This document shows positions 7,559 to 15,630 of a stretch of 33,549 nucleotides of DNA, piece after piece; the first letter of the stretch is position 1; every line of letters begins with the position of its first letter. Position numbers and translations under genes: made by a program. The stretch comes from an uncultured Anaerolineales bacterium (lineage in GTDB: Bacteria; Chloroflexota; Anaerolineae; CG2-30-64-16), in contig CAZMIS010000003.1 in the NCBI GenBank assembly GCA_964566325.1, positions 1 through 33,549 of the forward strand, in the 5' to 3' direction. Below the pieces are notes generated by a model that worked only from the letters and a program-made list of their open reading frames with translations, ran no database searches and was not told the DNA's origin.

Positions 7559-8725
7559 ATGAAATACCGCACCTTTGGCAGACTCGACTGGCAGCCCTCG
7601 GCACTGGGCTTCGGCGCGATGAGGCTGCCGGTGATCGACGCCGATCCGGGCCGCATCGACGAGGCGAGGGCGACGAAGCTGATCCGCTATGCCATCGACC
7701 ACGGCGTGAACTACGTCGACACGGCCTACCCCTACCACCAGGGCACCTCTGAGGCATTCGTCGGCCGCGCGCTCAAGGACGGATACCGCGAGCGCGTGAA
7801 GGTGGCGACGAAGCAGCCGTGCTGGCTGGTCAAGGAGCCGGCCGATTTCGACCGCCTGCTCGACGAGCAACTGGCACGCCTTGACATCGGGAAGATCGAT
7901 TTCTACCTGCTCCATGCGCTGGACGCGAACCGGTGGCGTGCCATGCGCGACCTCGGCGTGCTCGATTGGGCCGAGCGGGCGATGGCGGACGGCCGGATCG
8001 GGCATCTCGGCTTCTCGTTTCACGACAGCTTCGACGCGTTCAAGGAGATCGTGGACGCGTACGACGGCTGGACGTTCTGCCAGATTCAATACAACTACCT
8101 GGACGTGGAGTACCAGGCCGGCACGCGCGGGCTGAAGTACGCGGCGGACAAAGGGCTGGGCGTGATCGTCATGGAGCCGCTGCGCGGGGGCCTGCTGGCC
8201 GGCCGGGCAGGGCAGCGCCCCGGCCGCGGGCTGCCGCCTTCCATCCAGACCCTGTGGGACGGCGCGGCTCGCCGGCGCACGCCGGCCGAGTGGGCCTTCC
8301 AGTGGGTGTGGAGCCAGCCCGAGGTGTCACTCGTGCTGAGCGGCATGAGCACGCTGGAGCAGGTCAAGGAAAACGTGGTCAGCGCGGGTCGATCGGGCGC
8401 CGGCCTGCTCGGCGACGAAGAGCTTGTGCTGGTGGGCCAGGTGCGCGACGAGTACAAGCGCCTGATGCCGATCCCCTGCACCGACTGCAAGTACTGCCAG
8501 CCGTGCCCCAACGGCGTGAACATCCCCTCGATCTTCAGCTATTACAACGAAGCGATGATGTTCAATGCGCCGGAGTACGGGCGCCACGCGTACGCCAACT
8601 GGCTGTCCGAGGCCGAGCGCGCGGACAACTGCGTCGCCTGCGGCGAATGCGAGGCCCAGTGTCCCCAGCACATCCAGATCATCGAGTGGCTTGAGACCGC
8701 GGGCGAGTACCTGGCGATAAGGTAG
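7559..8725 (+). CDS. Aldo/keto reductase with C-terminal 4Fe-4S binding region
   Basis: N-terminus MKYRTFGRLDWQPSALGFGAMRLP and YVDTAYPYHQGTSE are AKR-like. The C-terminal Cys clusters are CTDCKYCQPCPNGV and CVACGECEAQCPQ. The upstream part of ORF 7139..8725 overlaps the NUDIX gene and is Arg/Pro-rich junk. Confidence 0.85.
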   Translation: MKYRTFGRLDWQPSALGFGAMRLPVIDADPGRIDEARATKLIRYAIDHGVNYVDTAYPYHQGTSEAFVGRALKDGYRERVKVATKQPCWLVKEPADFDRLLDEQLARLDIGKIDFYLLHALDANRWRAMRDLGVLDWAERAMADGRIGHLGFSFHDSFDAFKEIVDAYDGWTFCQIQYNYLDVEYQAGTRGLKYAADKGLGVIVMEPLRGGLLAGRAGQRPGRGLPPSIQTLWDGAARRRTPAEWAFQWVWSQPEVSLVLSGMSTLEQVKENVVSAGRSGAGLLGDEELVLVGQVRDEYKRLMPIPCTDCKYCQPCPNGVNIPSIFSYYNEAMMFNAPEYGRHAYANWLSEAERADNCVACGECEAQCPQHIQIIEWLETAGEYLAIR

Positions 8726-8771
8726 GTTTCGGGAGCAGGACGGCGGCGCTCACCCGCGCGCCGCGCGGCGC

Positions 8772-10217
8772 TCAGCCGGCCAGGGGCAATGAGACGGTGA
8801 ACGTGGCCCCGCGGCCCGGCTCGCTGGCGACGGTGAGCGCACCGCCCTGCAGCTCGATCAGCTCCCTGGCGATCGCCAGGCCCAGGCCTGCGCCACCGCC
8901 GCTGCGCGCGGCATCGCCCCGGTAGAAGCGCTCGAAGATGTGCGGCAGGTCCGCGGCAGGGATGCCGGGGCCATCGTCCGAGACGCTGATGGTCAGGCGG
9001 CCGGCGGTCGACTCGGCACGCACGTCGACCGCGCTGCCCGCAGGCGTGTGCCGCGCGGCGTTGTCCAGCAGGATGAGCAGCACCTGTTTGAGCGCATCGC
9101 GATTGGCCTGGACCGCGACATCGGGCGCGGGCGGACAGCTGACCGCGCATTCCGGCGCCAGGCCGCGCACCTGGCGGCACGCCTCCTCCACCAGGGGCGC
9201 CACCGCGACGTCTTCGGTGACCAGCGCCTGCCCCGCACCCACGCGCGCCAGCACGAGCAACTGGTTCACCAGCCTGATCAGGCGATCCACCTCTTCCACC
9301 GTATCGGCCAGGATTTCGTCCCGCTCGCCAGGCGGCGCCGCCGGCCGGTCGCGGCGCAGCAGCTCGATGTTGCCGCGCACCGTCGTGAGCGGCGTGCGCA
9401 GCTCGTGCGACGCATCGGCCACGAAGCGCTTCTGCGATTCCAGCGACCCCTCGAGCTGGCGGAACGCGGATTCGAGCTCGGCCAGCATGTCGTTGAACGT
9501 CAGCGCCAGCTGCCCCACCTCGTCGCCCCGACCGTCGTAGGCCACCCGTTTGCTGAAGTCGTGCTCCAGGCCGATGCTCCGCGCGGTCCGGGTGATCCGG
9601 TGGATCGGATCCAGCGCGGTGCCTGCGAAGACCCACCCAAGCAGGAACGCCAGCAGGATCGCCAGGGCGCTCCCCGACGCCAGCAGCAGCTGCAGGGCCC
9701 TCAGGGATTGCTGGGATTGGCCGATGGGGAACGCGACCTGCACGATGCGCGTCTCTCCGCCCCTGGCCGCGAAGGAGCGACTGTAGATCATGACCGGCTG
9801 CTCGTCTACCACCGCGGTCTCGGAGTGGCCATTGCCCGCCCGCACCGCCTGCAGTCCTGCGTCGCTCAACGGCAGAGTTGCGCCCCTCAGATCCACCGTG
9901 GTCCCCAAGATCGTGCCGTCTATCGTACGCGTCTGCGTCCAACGGCCGGGCAGCGTGCCGCTCGGCAGGTCCGCATCCCGCGGCGGCCGCGCACCACCGT
10001 CCTCCAGGTCGCGCCGCACGAACTCCTCAGCCTGGCGCACGAGACTGGACTCAACGCCGCCGTACGTCGCACGCGCCTGCACGAAGTAGAGGATGGAACT
10101 GAACGCGACCAGCGTCAGTGCGAGGATCGCGGTGTAGAGCAGCGTCAGGCGCAGGCGGATGGACACGCCGCGACCGGGCGAGCCCGCGCCGTTGGCTTCC
10201 GGACCCATGGGGGTCAT
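8772..10217 (-). CDS. Sensor histidine kinase (2 TM + HAMP + HisKA + HATPase_c)
   Basis: H-box [13 protein letters not shown]-box LLDNAARHTP, and G-boxes DDGPGI and GGAGLGLAI. ATG 10217 overlaps the regulator stop (ATGA). Confidence 0.85.
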   Translation of the reverse strand: MTPMGPEANGAGSPGRGVSIRLRLTLLYTAILALTLVAFSSILYFVQARATYGGVESSLVRQAEEFVRRDLEDGGARPPRDADLPSGTLPGRWTQTRTIDGTILGTTVDLRGATLPLSDAGLQAVRAGNGHSETAVVDEQPVMIYSRSFAARGGETRIVQVAFPIGQSQQSLRALQLLLASGSALAILLAFLLGWVFAGTALDPIHRITRTARSIGLEHDFSKRVAYDGRGDEVGQLALTFNDMLAELESAFRQLEGSLESQKRFVADASHELRTPLTTVRGNIELLRRDRPAAPPGERDEILADTVEEVDRLIRLVNQLLVLARVGAGQALVTEDVAVAPLVEEACRQVRGLAPECAVSCPPAPDVAVQANRDALKQVLLILLDNAARHTPAGSAVDVRAESTAGRLTISVSDDGPGIPAADLPHIFERFYRGDAARSGGGAGLGLAIARELIELQGGALTVASEPGRGATFTVSLPLAG

Positions 10218-10894
10218 GCCTCCTCCCGCAGGGTGTAGCCGACTCCGCGCACGGTCTGAATCAGCCTGGGCTCGCCTCCGGCCTCCGTCTTCTTGCGCAG
10301 GTAACCCACGTAGACCTCCAGGACGTTGTCCTCCCCGCCGAAGTCGTATCCCCACACCTCCTGCAGGATCTGGTCGCGTGTCAGCACCAGGCGCGGGTGA
10401 CGCAGCAGATACCGCAGGAGATCGAACTCCTTGGCCGTGAGCTCGATCTTCCGCTCCCCGCGCCAGACCTCGCGCGTGGCCGGGTCCAGCCGCAGGCCGG
10501 CGTAGCCGATCGCTTCGTCCCTGGCCCTGACCGAAGGCCGCCGCAGAAGCGCATGGATGCGCGCCAGCAGCTCCGCCGGCGCGAACGGCTTCACCAGGTA
10601 GTCGTCCGCGCCTCCCTCCAGCCCAGCCACGCGGTTTTCCACCGCATCACGCGCGGTCAGCATCAGGACGAGGGTCTGATCGCCGGCCGCGCGCAGCCGT
10701 TCGAGCACCGTGAGGCCATCCATGCCGGGCATCATCCAATCCAGCACGATCACATCGGGCCGCCGCGCCTGCACCTCGCTCAGGGCCTCCGCGCCGTTGC
10801 TCGCGCTGTGAACGTGGAAGCCCTCGTAGGCCAGGGTGCGCCCCAGCATCTTCAGAAGCCTGGGGTCATCGTCAACGATGAGTACTGTCGCCAT
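10214..10894 (-). CDS. OmpR/PhoB-family response regulator
   Basis: Receiver motifs VLIVDDDP, LDWMMPGMDG and LVKPF, with the winged-helix end LIQTVRGVGYTL. ATG 10894 was chosen because a -10 element lies inside the longer ORF. Confidence 0.9.
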   Translation of the reverse strand: MATVLIVDDDPRLLKMLGRTLAYEGFHVHSASNGAEALSEVQARRPDVIVLDWMMPGMDGLTVLERLRAAGDQTLVLMLTARDAVENRVAGLEGGADDYLVKPFAPAELLARIHALLRRPSVRARDEAIGYAGLRLDPATREVWRGERKIELTAKEFDLLRYLLRHPRLVLTRDQILQEVWGYDFGGEDNVLEVYVGYLRKKTEAGGEPRLIQTVRGVGYTLREEA

Positions 10895-10931
10895 GTGATG
10901 TCCTGCCTGGAATCCTGGATTGCCCGCATCC

Positions 10932-10940
10932 ATTATAGCA
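10932..10940 (-). promoter_or_regulatory. Extended -10 element TGCTATAAT (minus strand) upstream of the first response regulator
   Basis: The reverse complement of 10932-10940 is TGCTATAAT, about 38 nt upstream of ATG 10894. Confidence 0.45.
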
Positions 10941-11051
10941 CCCTCCGGGCGGTGCTCTCATGCTGATCGTGCGCCCGACAACGAAGTGACCGGCCGTCCG
11001 CAGGCGATCGCTCGACTGCCGGCGATGTCCGCCTCTGGCATCACGCGACTG

Positions 11052-11687
11052 TCAATCGTTGTCGCCCACCTCAAACGGCGGCGTCTCGACAAATGTCGTG
11101 GCCCGCCGGCCCTCGACGTGCGGTTCATCGAAGTACACCCGCAACTCCGCGGTATCGTTCAGCAGGTTCAGCCGGCCGATCTCCACCCGCTTGATCGGCA
11201 ACCCCGTGCGCTGGCGCAGATCCGCCAACATCTCCTCGCGGCGCTGCGGGCTGATCAGGTCGATGCGGTCGTAGCGGATCGACTGCCGGCTCTCGTAGTG
11301 AAACCCCCACTCGTGCTCCAACACGGCCAGCACCGCGGTCACGATCACACTGACCAGGGCCAGCACCAGCAGGTCGCCGCCCTTGATGAGCATCGCATTG
11401 ACCACCGGAAGAGCGATCACGACGAAAAGATAGGTCATCTCGCGGGTCGACATGGTGCTGGTTCGGTAGCGCAGCAGCGAAAAGATCGCGAACAGCCCGA
11501 ACCCGACGCCCAGGCTCAGCTCGGCACTCGTCATGAACGCCATGACGAAGTAAACGATCGTGTTGAAGGCCAGGTAGGTGAAGACGTAGTCTTTGTTGTG
11601 ATTCGCCGGGTAGTAGACGAAGCGCACGATGACGAACGCCACGAGCAGATTCACTGCGAACCCGGCAAGCAAGCTGGTCATGTCCAT
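11052..11687 (-). CDS. DUF4956-family membrane protein
   Basis: N-terminal TM helices, the FSLLRYRTS motif and a C-terminal soluble part. The start lies 3 nt after the VTC gene stop, with an AGAGG SD. Confidence 0.75.
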   Translation of the reverse strand: MDMTSLLAGFAVNLLVAFVIVRFVYYPANHNKDYVFTYLAFNTIVYFVMAFMTSAELSLGVGFGLFAIFSLLRYRTSTMSTREMTYLFVVIALPVVNAMLIKGGDLLVLALVSVIVTAVLAVLEHEWGFHYESRQSIRYDRIDLISPQRREEMLADLRQRTGLPIKRVEIGRLNLLNDTAELRVYFDEPHVEGRRATTFVETPPFEVGDND

Positions 11688-11690
11688 GAT

Positions 11691-12464
11691 TTACCTCTGT
11701 GCGATGCGCGCCACCAGGCGCTGCGTCCCTTTGAATTTGTTGTGCTTGACCTCAGGATAGAGCAGGCTCACCCCCACGCAGTACTTGCTGAACCCCATCT
11801 CACGCACGTGATGCCGGTGCATCAGTTGCATGAACTCCGAGCTGTCGCGGCGGCCCTGGTACTTGACCTCCGCCACCACGATGCCCGGCAACATCTCCAG
11901 GGTGTCCTCCCATTGGAAGGCCAGGTCCACATCCAGGGTGACCCGCTCGGGGCGGACCTTGCTGACTAACGTCACCCGCGTGGCATAGGTCCAGACCTTC
12001 GGGCTCAGCTGGCTCGCCGGATATGGGCATGCCTGGCTCAGGAACGCAGCGGCCTGTCCGTTGAGAGATGAGCCAACATCGGCCACGCGCAGCCGGCTCT
12101 TCACGGTGCGGCTCGGGCCCACCTTGTGCTTCACCTCCAGGAAGGCCAGGTCCGAGTCCAGATACTCGCGGCGGCGCACCTTGTAGCGGTCGCGCACGCC
12201 CGCGTGGTGGCGCCGGTAGAGCGCCATGTCGTCGGTGTCGAAGTAGAGCGTGCGGTTGCGGCTCCACGGCCGGCCGGCTGCCACGAAGGCCTTGTGCGTG
12301 CCGGACAGCTCTGCCAGAACCCCGGCCAGCAGGCTCTGCGGGAAGACGTACTTGACCTCCAGCCGGTCCAGCAACCGCGTCTCGTTCATTTCCGACAGCG
12401 TGATCGGTTCGTAAGCCGCGAGCAGCTCCCACGGCAGCGTCTCAGCATCGTTCAGTTGTGTCAT
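11691..12464 (-). CDS. VTC-domain (polyphosphate-polymerase-like, CYTH/triphosphate-tunnel) protein
   Basis: Strand motifs are RLEVKYVF, RTLYFDTDD, RYKVRRREY, AFLEVKHK and VVAEVKYQG. The protein is 257 aa, with a GAGG SD 6 nt upstream. Confidence 0.75.
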   Translation of the reverse strand: MTQLNDAETLPWELLAAYEPITLSEMNETRLLDRLEVKYVFPQSLLAGVLAELSGTHKAFVAAGRPWSRNRTLYFDTDDMALYRRHHAGVRDRYKVRRREYLDSDLAFLEVKHKVGPSRTVKSRLRVADVGSSLNGQAAAFLSQACPYPASQLSPKVWTYATRVTLVSKVRPERVTLDVDLAFQWEDTLEMLPGIVVAEVKYQGRRDSSEFMQLMHRHHVREMGFSKYCVGVSLLYPEVKHNKFKGTQRLVARIAQR

Positions 12465-12481
12465 CTTTGCCTCGTCGTCTC

Positions 12482-14374
12482 TTACGGCCTGCGGCGGCCG
12501 CCGCCCACACCGGGCGCCATGCCGGGTGCCATACCGGGGCCGCCCCCTGCGCCGGTCACCACGGTCTCGAGCGTATAGCTCGCCACCTGCTGCCCCCCCG
12601 TGTACGTCCCGCCGCTGACCAGGCCGTCGGTCACGGCGCCGGTCGACTTGCCGCCGGTGTAAATCACGTAGGTCCCGCCCTTCACCAGGTCGGGCGAGGA
12701 GACCACGATCGACTGGAATGCCTTGCTGGGTGCAAAGGTCACGACGTCTGCACCGTCCTGGCTCACGATGTGCACCAGCGTCCCCGCGGCCTGCAGCGAT
12801 GAGAAGGTCTGTGCGAGGGAGTACTGCGTCGAGGTCGCACCCGGCGCCTGCGCCATGCCCGCGCTGCCCGCGGCCACCAGGAGCCCACCGGTGACGTTGA
12901 AGCTGCCGCCGTAGTCCAGCGCACCGTTGTTGTTGGACGTGGGGCCATTCACCAACACCGTGCCGCCGGTCATGTCGATGGGCCCGTTGACGTCGAGGCC
13001 GTCGCCGCCCGCGTCCACCGCCACGTACCCGCCGTTGATGTAGAGATGGCTGTTGCCCGTCTCGAAACCGGGCCTGCCCATGCCGCCGCCGGCCGCGGCC
13101 GCGCTGTCCGATCCGTTGATGCCGTCGTCCTGCGACGCCAGGCGGAGCACCCCGTCGTTGATCGTGATCGTTTCGCTCTCGACGCCCTCGTACGACTTCG
13201 TGATGTTCACCGTGCCGCCGTTCAGCGTGAACGCGAGGTTGGCACGCACCCCGTCATCGCCGGTGGCGAGGGTCAGCTCGCCGCCACCGATCGTGACGCT
13301 GTTGTTTGCGTTGAGCGCGTCGTCCCCCGCATCCACCTCCATCTTGCCGCCGGCGATGACGATATCGACGCCGGCCTTGAGACCCTTGCCGCTCTCGGCG
13401 CCCTTGCCGGCCGCGCTGCCGCCGCCTGCGCTCACCGTGATGTCGCCCCCACTGATGTCCAGCCGGGTCTCAGCCTGGATGCCATCCATCGCAGCGGTGA
13501 TGTCGAGCGTCCCGCCCTCGATGACGATGTAGCCCTCGGCCGCGTCTTCGTCGTTGTTCGCCTGGAGCCCGTCGCCCCCCGCGTTGATCGTGATCGTGCC
13601 ATCCTTGATCGCCAGCGAATCGCGGCCCACGATGCCATCGTTCGCCGCGTTCACCGTGATCGCGCCGCCCGTGATCTTCAGGTCGTCCTTGCCGGCAATG
13701 CCATTGTTGTAGTTCGCGTTGACCGTCAGCTCGCCCGCGCCGTTGATGGTCAGGTCGTCGTGGCTGAAGATCGCCGCATCCGGCTCGTCCGTCGCCTCCT
13801 CCCCTGCGCCAGCATCGGGGTAGACGTACGTCTCGCCGTCTGTGACCGTATTCTGCGTGCCTTCCGCCAGGGTCAGCACGACCTTTTCGGCATTGGCCAC
13901 GTAGATCGGTGCGCCGGTGGTGTTGGTGATGTCGGCGCCGTTCAGTTCGAGGACGACGTTCTCCGCGTCCTTCGTGTCGACGACGAGCTGGCCATCGCCC
14001 AGCTTGCCGCTGACGACGTATCGCCCGGCCGCGGTAATGGTCGCCACGCTGCCGTCGACCGATACGCCGCTGCCGTCGACGCGGATCGAGTCGCCGGCCA
14101 GCGTGATCGTCGCTGCCACCGGCTCGGCGTCGCCCGCGCCCGTCTGGAGATCGGCGCTGTCGTAGTCCACCGTCACCGGGGCGGTCGCAGCGACTGCGGC
14201 CGTAGCGACTGCGGTCGTCGCGGCTGCGGCCGTCGCGGCTGCGGTCGTAGCGGCTGCGGCCGTCGCGGCTGCCGCAGCCGGGATGCCGCTCGCCGCCTGT
14301 CCGGCGTTCGAACATGAGGCCGCGCCAACGAGCAGCGTGGCCGATAGAAACAAAGCCATGAAGCGTTTTTTCAT
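12482..14374 (-). CDS. Secreted lipoprotein of the Cthe_2159-like carbohydrate-binding beta-helix family
   Basis: Lipoprotein signal MKKRFMALFLSATLLVGAASC, then an Ala/Thr linker, then repeated turns (LTINGAGELTVNA, LKITGGAITVNAANDGI, IKDGTITINAGGDGL, IEGGTLDITAAMDGI...). An AGGGGAG SD precedes ATG 14374. Confidence 0.8.
   Translation of the reverse strand: MKKRFMALFLSATLLVGAASCSNAGQAASGIPAAAAATAAAATTAAATAAAATTAVATAAVAATAPVTVDYDSADLQTGAGDAEPVAATITLAGDSIRVDGSGVSVDGSVATITAAGRYVVSGKLGDGQLVVDTKDAENVVLELNGADITNTTGAPIYVANAEKVVLTLAEGTQNTVTDGETYVYPDAGAGEEATDEPDAAIFSHDDLTINGAGELTVNANYNNGIAGKDDLKITGGAITVNAANDGIVGRDSLAIKDGTITINAGGDGLQANNDEDAAEGYIVIEGGTLDITAAMDGIQAETRLDISGGDITVSAGGGSAAGKGAESGKGLKAGVDIVIAGGKMEVDAGDDALNANNSVTIGGGELTLATGDDGVRANLAFTLNGGTVNITKSYEGVESETITINDGVLRLASQDDGINGSDSAAAAGGGMGRPGFETGNSHLYINGGYVAVDAGGDGLDVNGPIDMTGGTVLVNGPTSNNNGALDYGGSFNVTGGLLVAAGSAGMAQAPGATSTQYSLAQTFSSLQAAGTLVHIVSQDGADVVTFAPSKAFQSIVVSSPDLVKGGTYVIYTGGKSTGAVTDGLVSGGTYTGGQQVASYTLETVVTGAGGGPGMAPGMAPGVGGGRRRP
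14183..14279 (-). repeat. About 15-bp tandem repeat encoding the Ala/Thr-rich linker of the lipoprotein
   Basis: Plus strand reads ...GCGGCTGCGGCCGTC GCGGCTGCGGTCGTA GCGGCTGCGGCCGTC GCGGCTGCC.... The protein segment is AAAAATAAAATTAAATAAAATTAVATAAVAATA. Confidence 0.6.
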
Positions 14375-14615
14375 CTGAATGAACTCCCCTGTCGCTATGT
14401 CATGGGGGCAGGATGACTCACGGAGCATCTCTCAGCGATCCATCCTGCCTCCTTACGCTTCGATCATCACACGCGATGCTGTGACCAACCCAAAGGAAAC
14501 CTGTGAAGAAGCTGAGAGCTGGGATCATCGGCCGAAGAGGAGGGAGGGCAGGAGGATAGTTCAGATGGTTGACGAAGGGAAAAGGATGGTTCGGGAAGGG
14601 ATTGAGAGGAAATGG

Positions 14616-14651
14616 CAGGGGGCTGCCCGATGCTTCTTGGGCAGCCCCCTG
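14616..14651 (-). terminator. 13-bp perfect hairpin just downstream of rnk (candidate terminator)
   Basis: CAGGGGGCTGCCC (14616-14628) pairs with GGGCAGCCCCCTG (14639-14651) around a 10-nt loop. It lies 5 nt beyond the rnk stop (14657) and is followed on the minus strand by CCATTTCCTCTC. Confidence 0.5.
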
Positions 14652-14656
14652 ATGAT

Positions 14657-15043
14657 CTACGAAACGACCGACACAATCTTCAGCCGCCGGCGGCCCGACG
14701 GCACCTGCCATTCGAACGTGTCGCCGGTGCGGTAGCCGAGGATGGCCGTGCCGATCGGCGCAAGGACCGAGACGCGCATTTCGGCGATGTCGGCCTCTCC
14801 CGGAAAGACGAGCCGGCAGACGATCTCCTCGTCCGTATCCAGGTCAACCAGGTGGGCCTCGGAGTTCATCCGCACGACATCCTTCGGGATGTCGCCGTCT
14901 TCCACGACGATGGCGCGGTCCAGCTCCGCCACCAGGCCCTTGAGCTCCAGCGCCTTGCGCGGATCACCCCGCGTGGCGTCCTCTATCAACTCGCGCAGCC
15001 GCTCCATGTCCTGGGCGGTGATGCGTATCTCACGTGTACTCAT
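14657..15043 (-). CDS. rnk: GreA/GreB-family protein, Rnk-like (regulator of nucleoside diphosphate kinase)
   Basis: 128 aa with a short N-terminal helical part. The C-terminal GreA-type domain reads VSVLAPIGTAILGYRTGDTFEWQVPSG. A GGGGGAAG SD precedes the start. Confidence 0.75.
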   Translation of the reverse strand: MSTREIRITAQDMERLRELIEDATRGDPRKALELKGLVAELDRAIVVEDGDIPKDVVRMNSEAHLVDLDTDEEIVCRLVFPGEADIAEMRVSVLAPIGTAILGYRTGDTFEWQVPSGRRRLKIVSVVS

Positions 15044-15291
15044 TTCGTTTACTTCCCCCTGTGATTAGCACAAACAATGCAGGTCAAGTTTACCCCGCTT
15101 TCATGTCGCTGAGATGAGACTCAGATGACAATTCGATGATCTTTGACGGAAGCTGCTCCAGCCGCCGGCCGCCACGATGAAGAGAGTCATCATACTGTCA
15201 CGGCGGCATCACACGGGCATCACGGGCGCCTGCTAAGCTGACACGTGAATCGTATGGTTCGAAATCCGGCCGACGAAAGGAGATTTGCGCC

Positions 15292-15630
15292 GTGCCGACC
15301 AGCACTGACACATCCAGGCTGACCGATCCGAAATACTGCCTCGATCAGGCTGCCCGGCTGCTGATACGGGTGGACGACCGGAACTGGGACCTGGTGAAGG
15401 ACGAGGCCCGGGAGTTGAACATCCTGCAGGCCAGCATCGCGCACCTGGTATACCTGGACACCGAGCGAACCGAATTCCAGGAGAAGGTAATGGAGATTGT
15501 CTTCACGGCCTACATGATGGGGCGCACCGCTGACGCGCGGATCGCCGGGCCCGCGCCCGAGGCGTTTCTCCAGACGATCGAGGAATTGGACCTGTCCGGG
15601 CTGCCCGAACCGGGGGCCAGGCGACCCTAA
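15292..15630 (+). CDS. Hypothetical protein (112 aa)
   Basis: GTG start 8 nt after AGGAG, with GC3-rich codons. No family recognised. Its stop codon overlaps the stop of the convergent kinase gene. Confidence 0.55.
   Translation: MPTSTDTSRLTDPKYCLDQAARLLIRVDDRNWDLVKDEARELNILQASIAHLVYLDTERTEFQEKVMEIVFTAYMMGRTADARIAGPAPEAFLQTIEELDLSGLPEPGARRP

Noticed and set aside
5146-8089. Long ORFs 5146..6738 (+) and 6356..8089 (-)
   Set aside because: They are antisense to, or out of frame with, the ABC-F, NUDIX and aldo/keto reductase genes. They are Arg/Pro/Ala-rich low-complexity translations with no motifs.
8542-10238. ORFs 8542..9942 (-) and 8940..10238 (+)
   Set aside because: These are alternative frames or the opposite strand of the histidine kinase gene, whose frame carries all the H, N and G boxes.
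13046-14317. ORFs 13046..14317 (+) and 13470..14315 (-)
   Set aside because: These are shadow frames of the beta-helix lipoprotein gene. Their repetitive R/G/D content mirrors the repeat structure of the real frame.
14511-14520. CTGAGAG motif, as in TPP riboswitches
   Set aside because: It is an isolated hexamer on the strand opposite to the downstream gene. The rest of the THI-box is not present.
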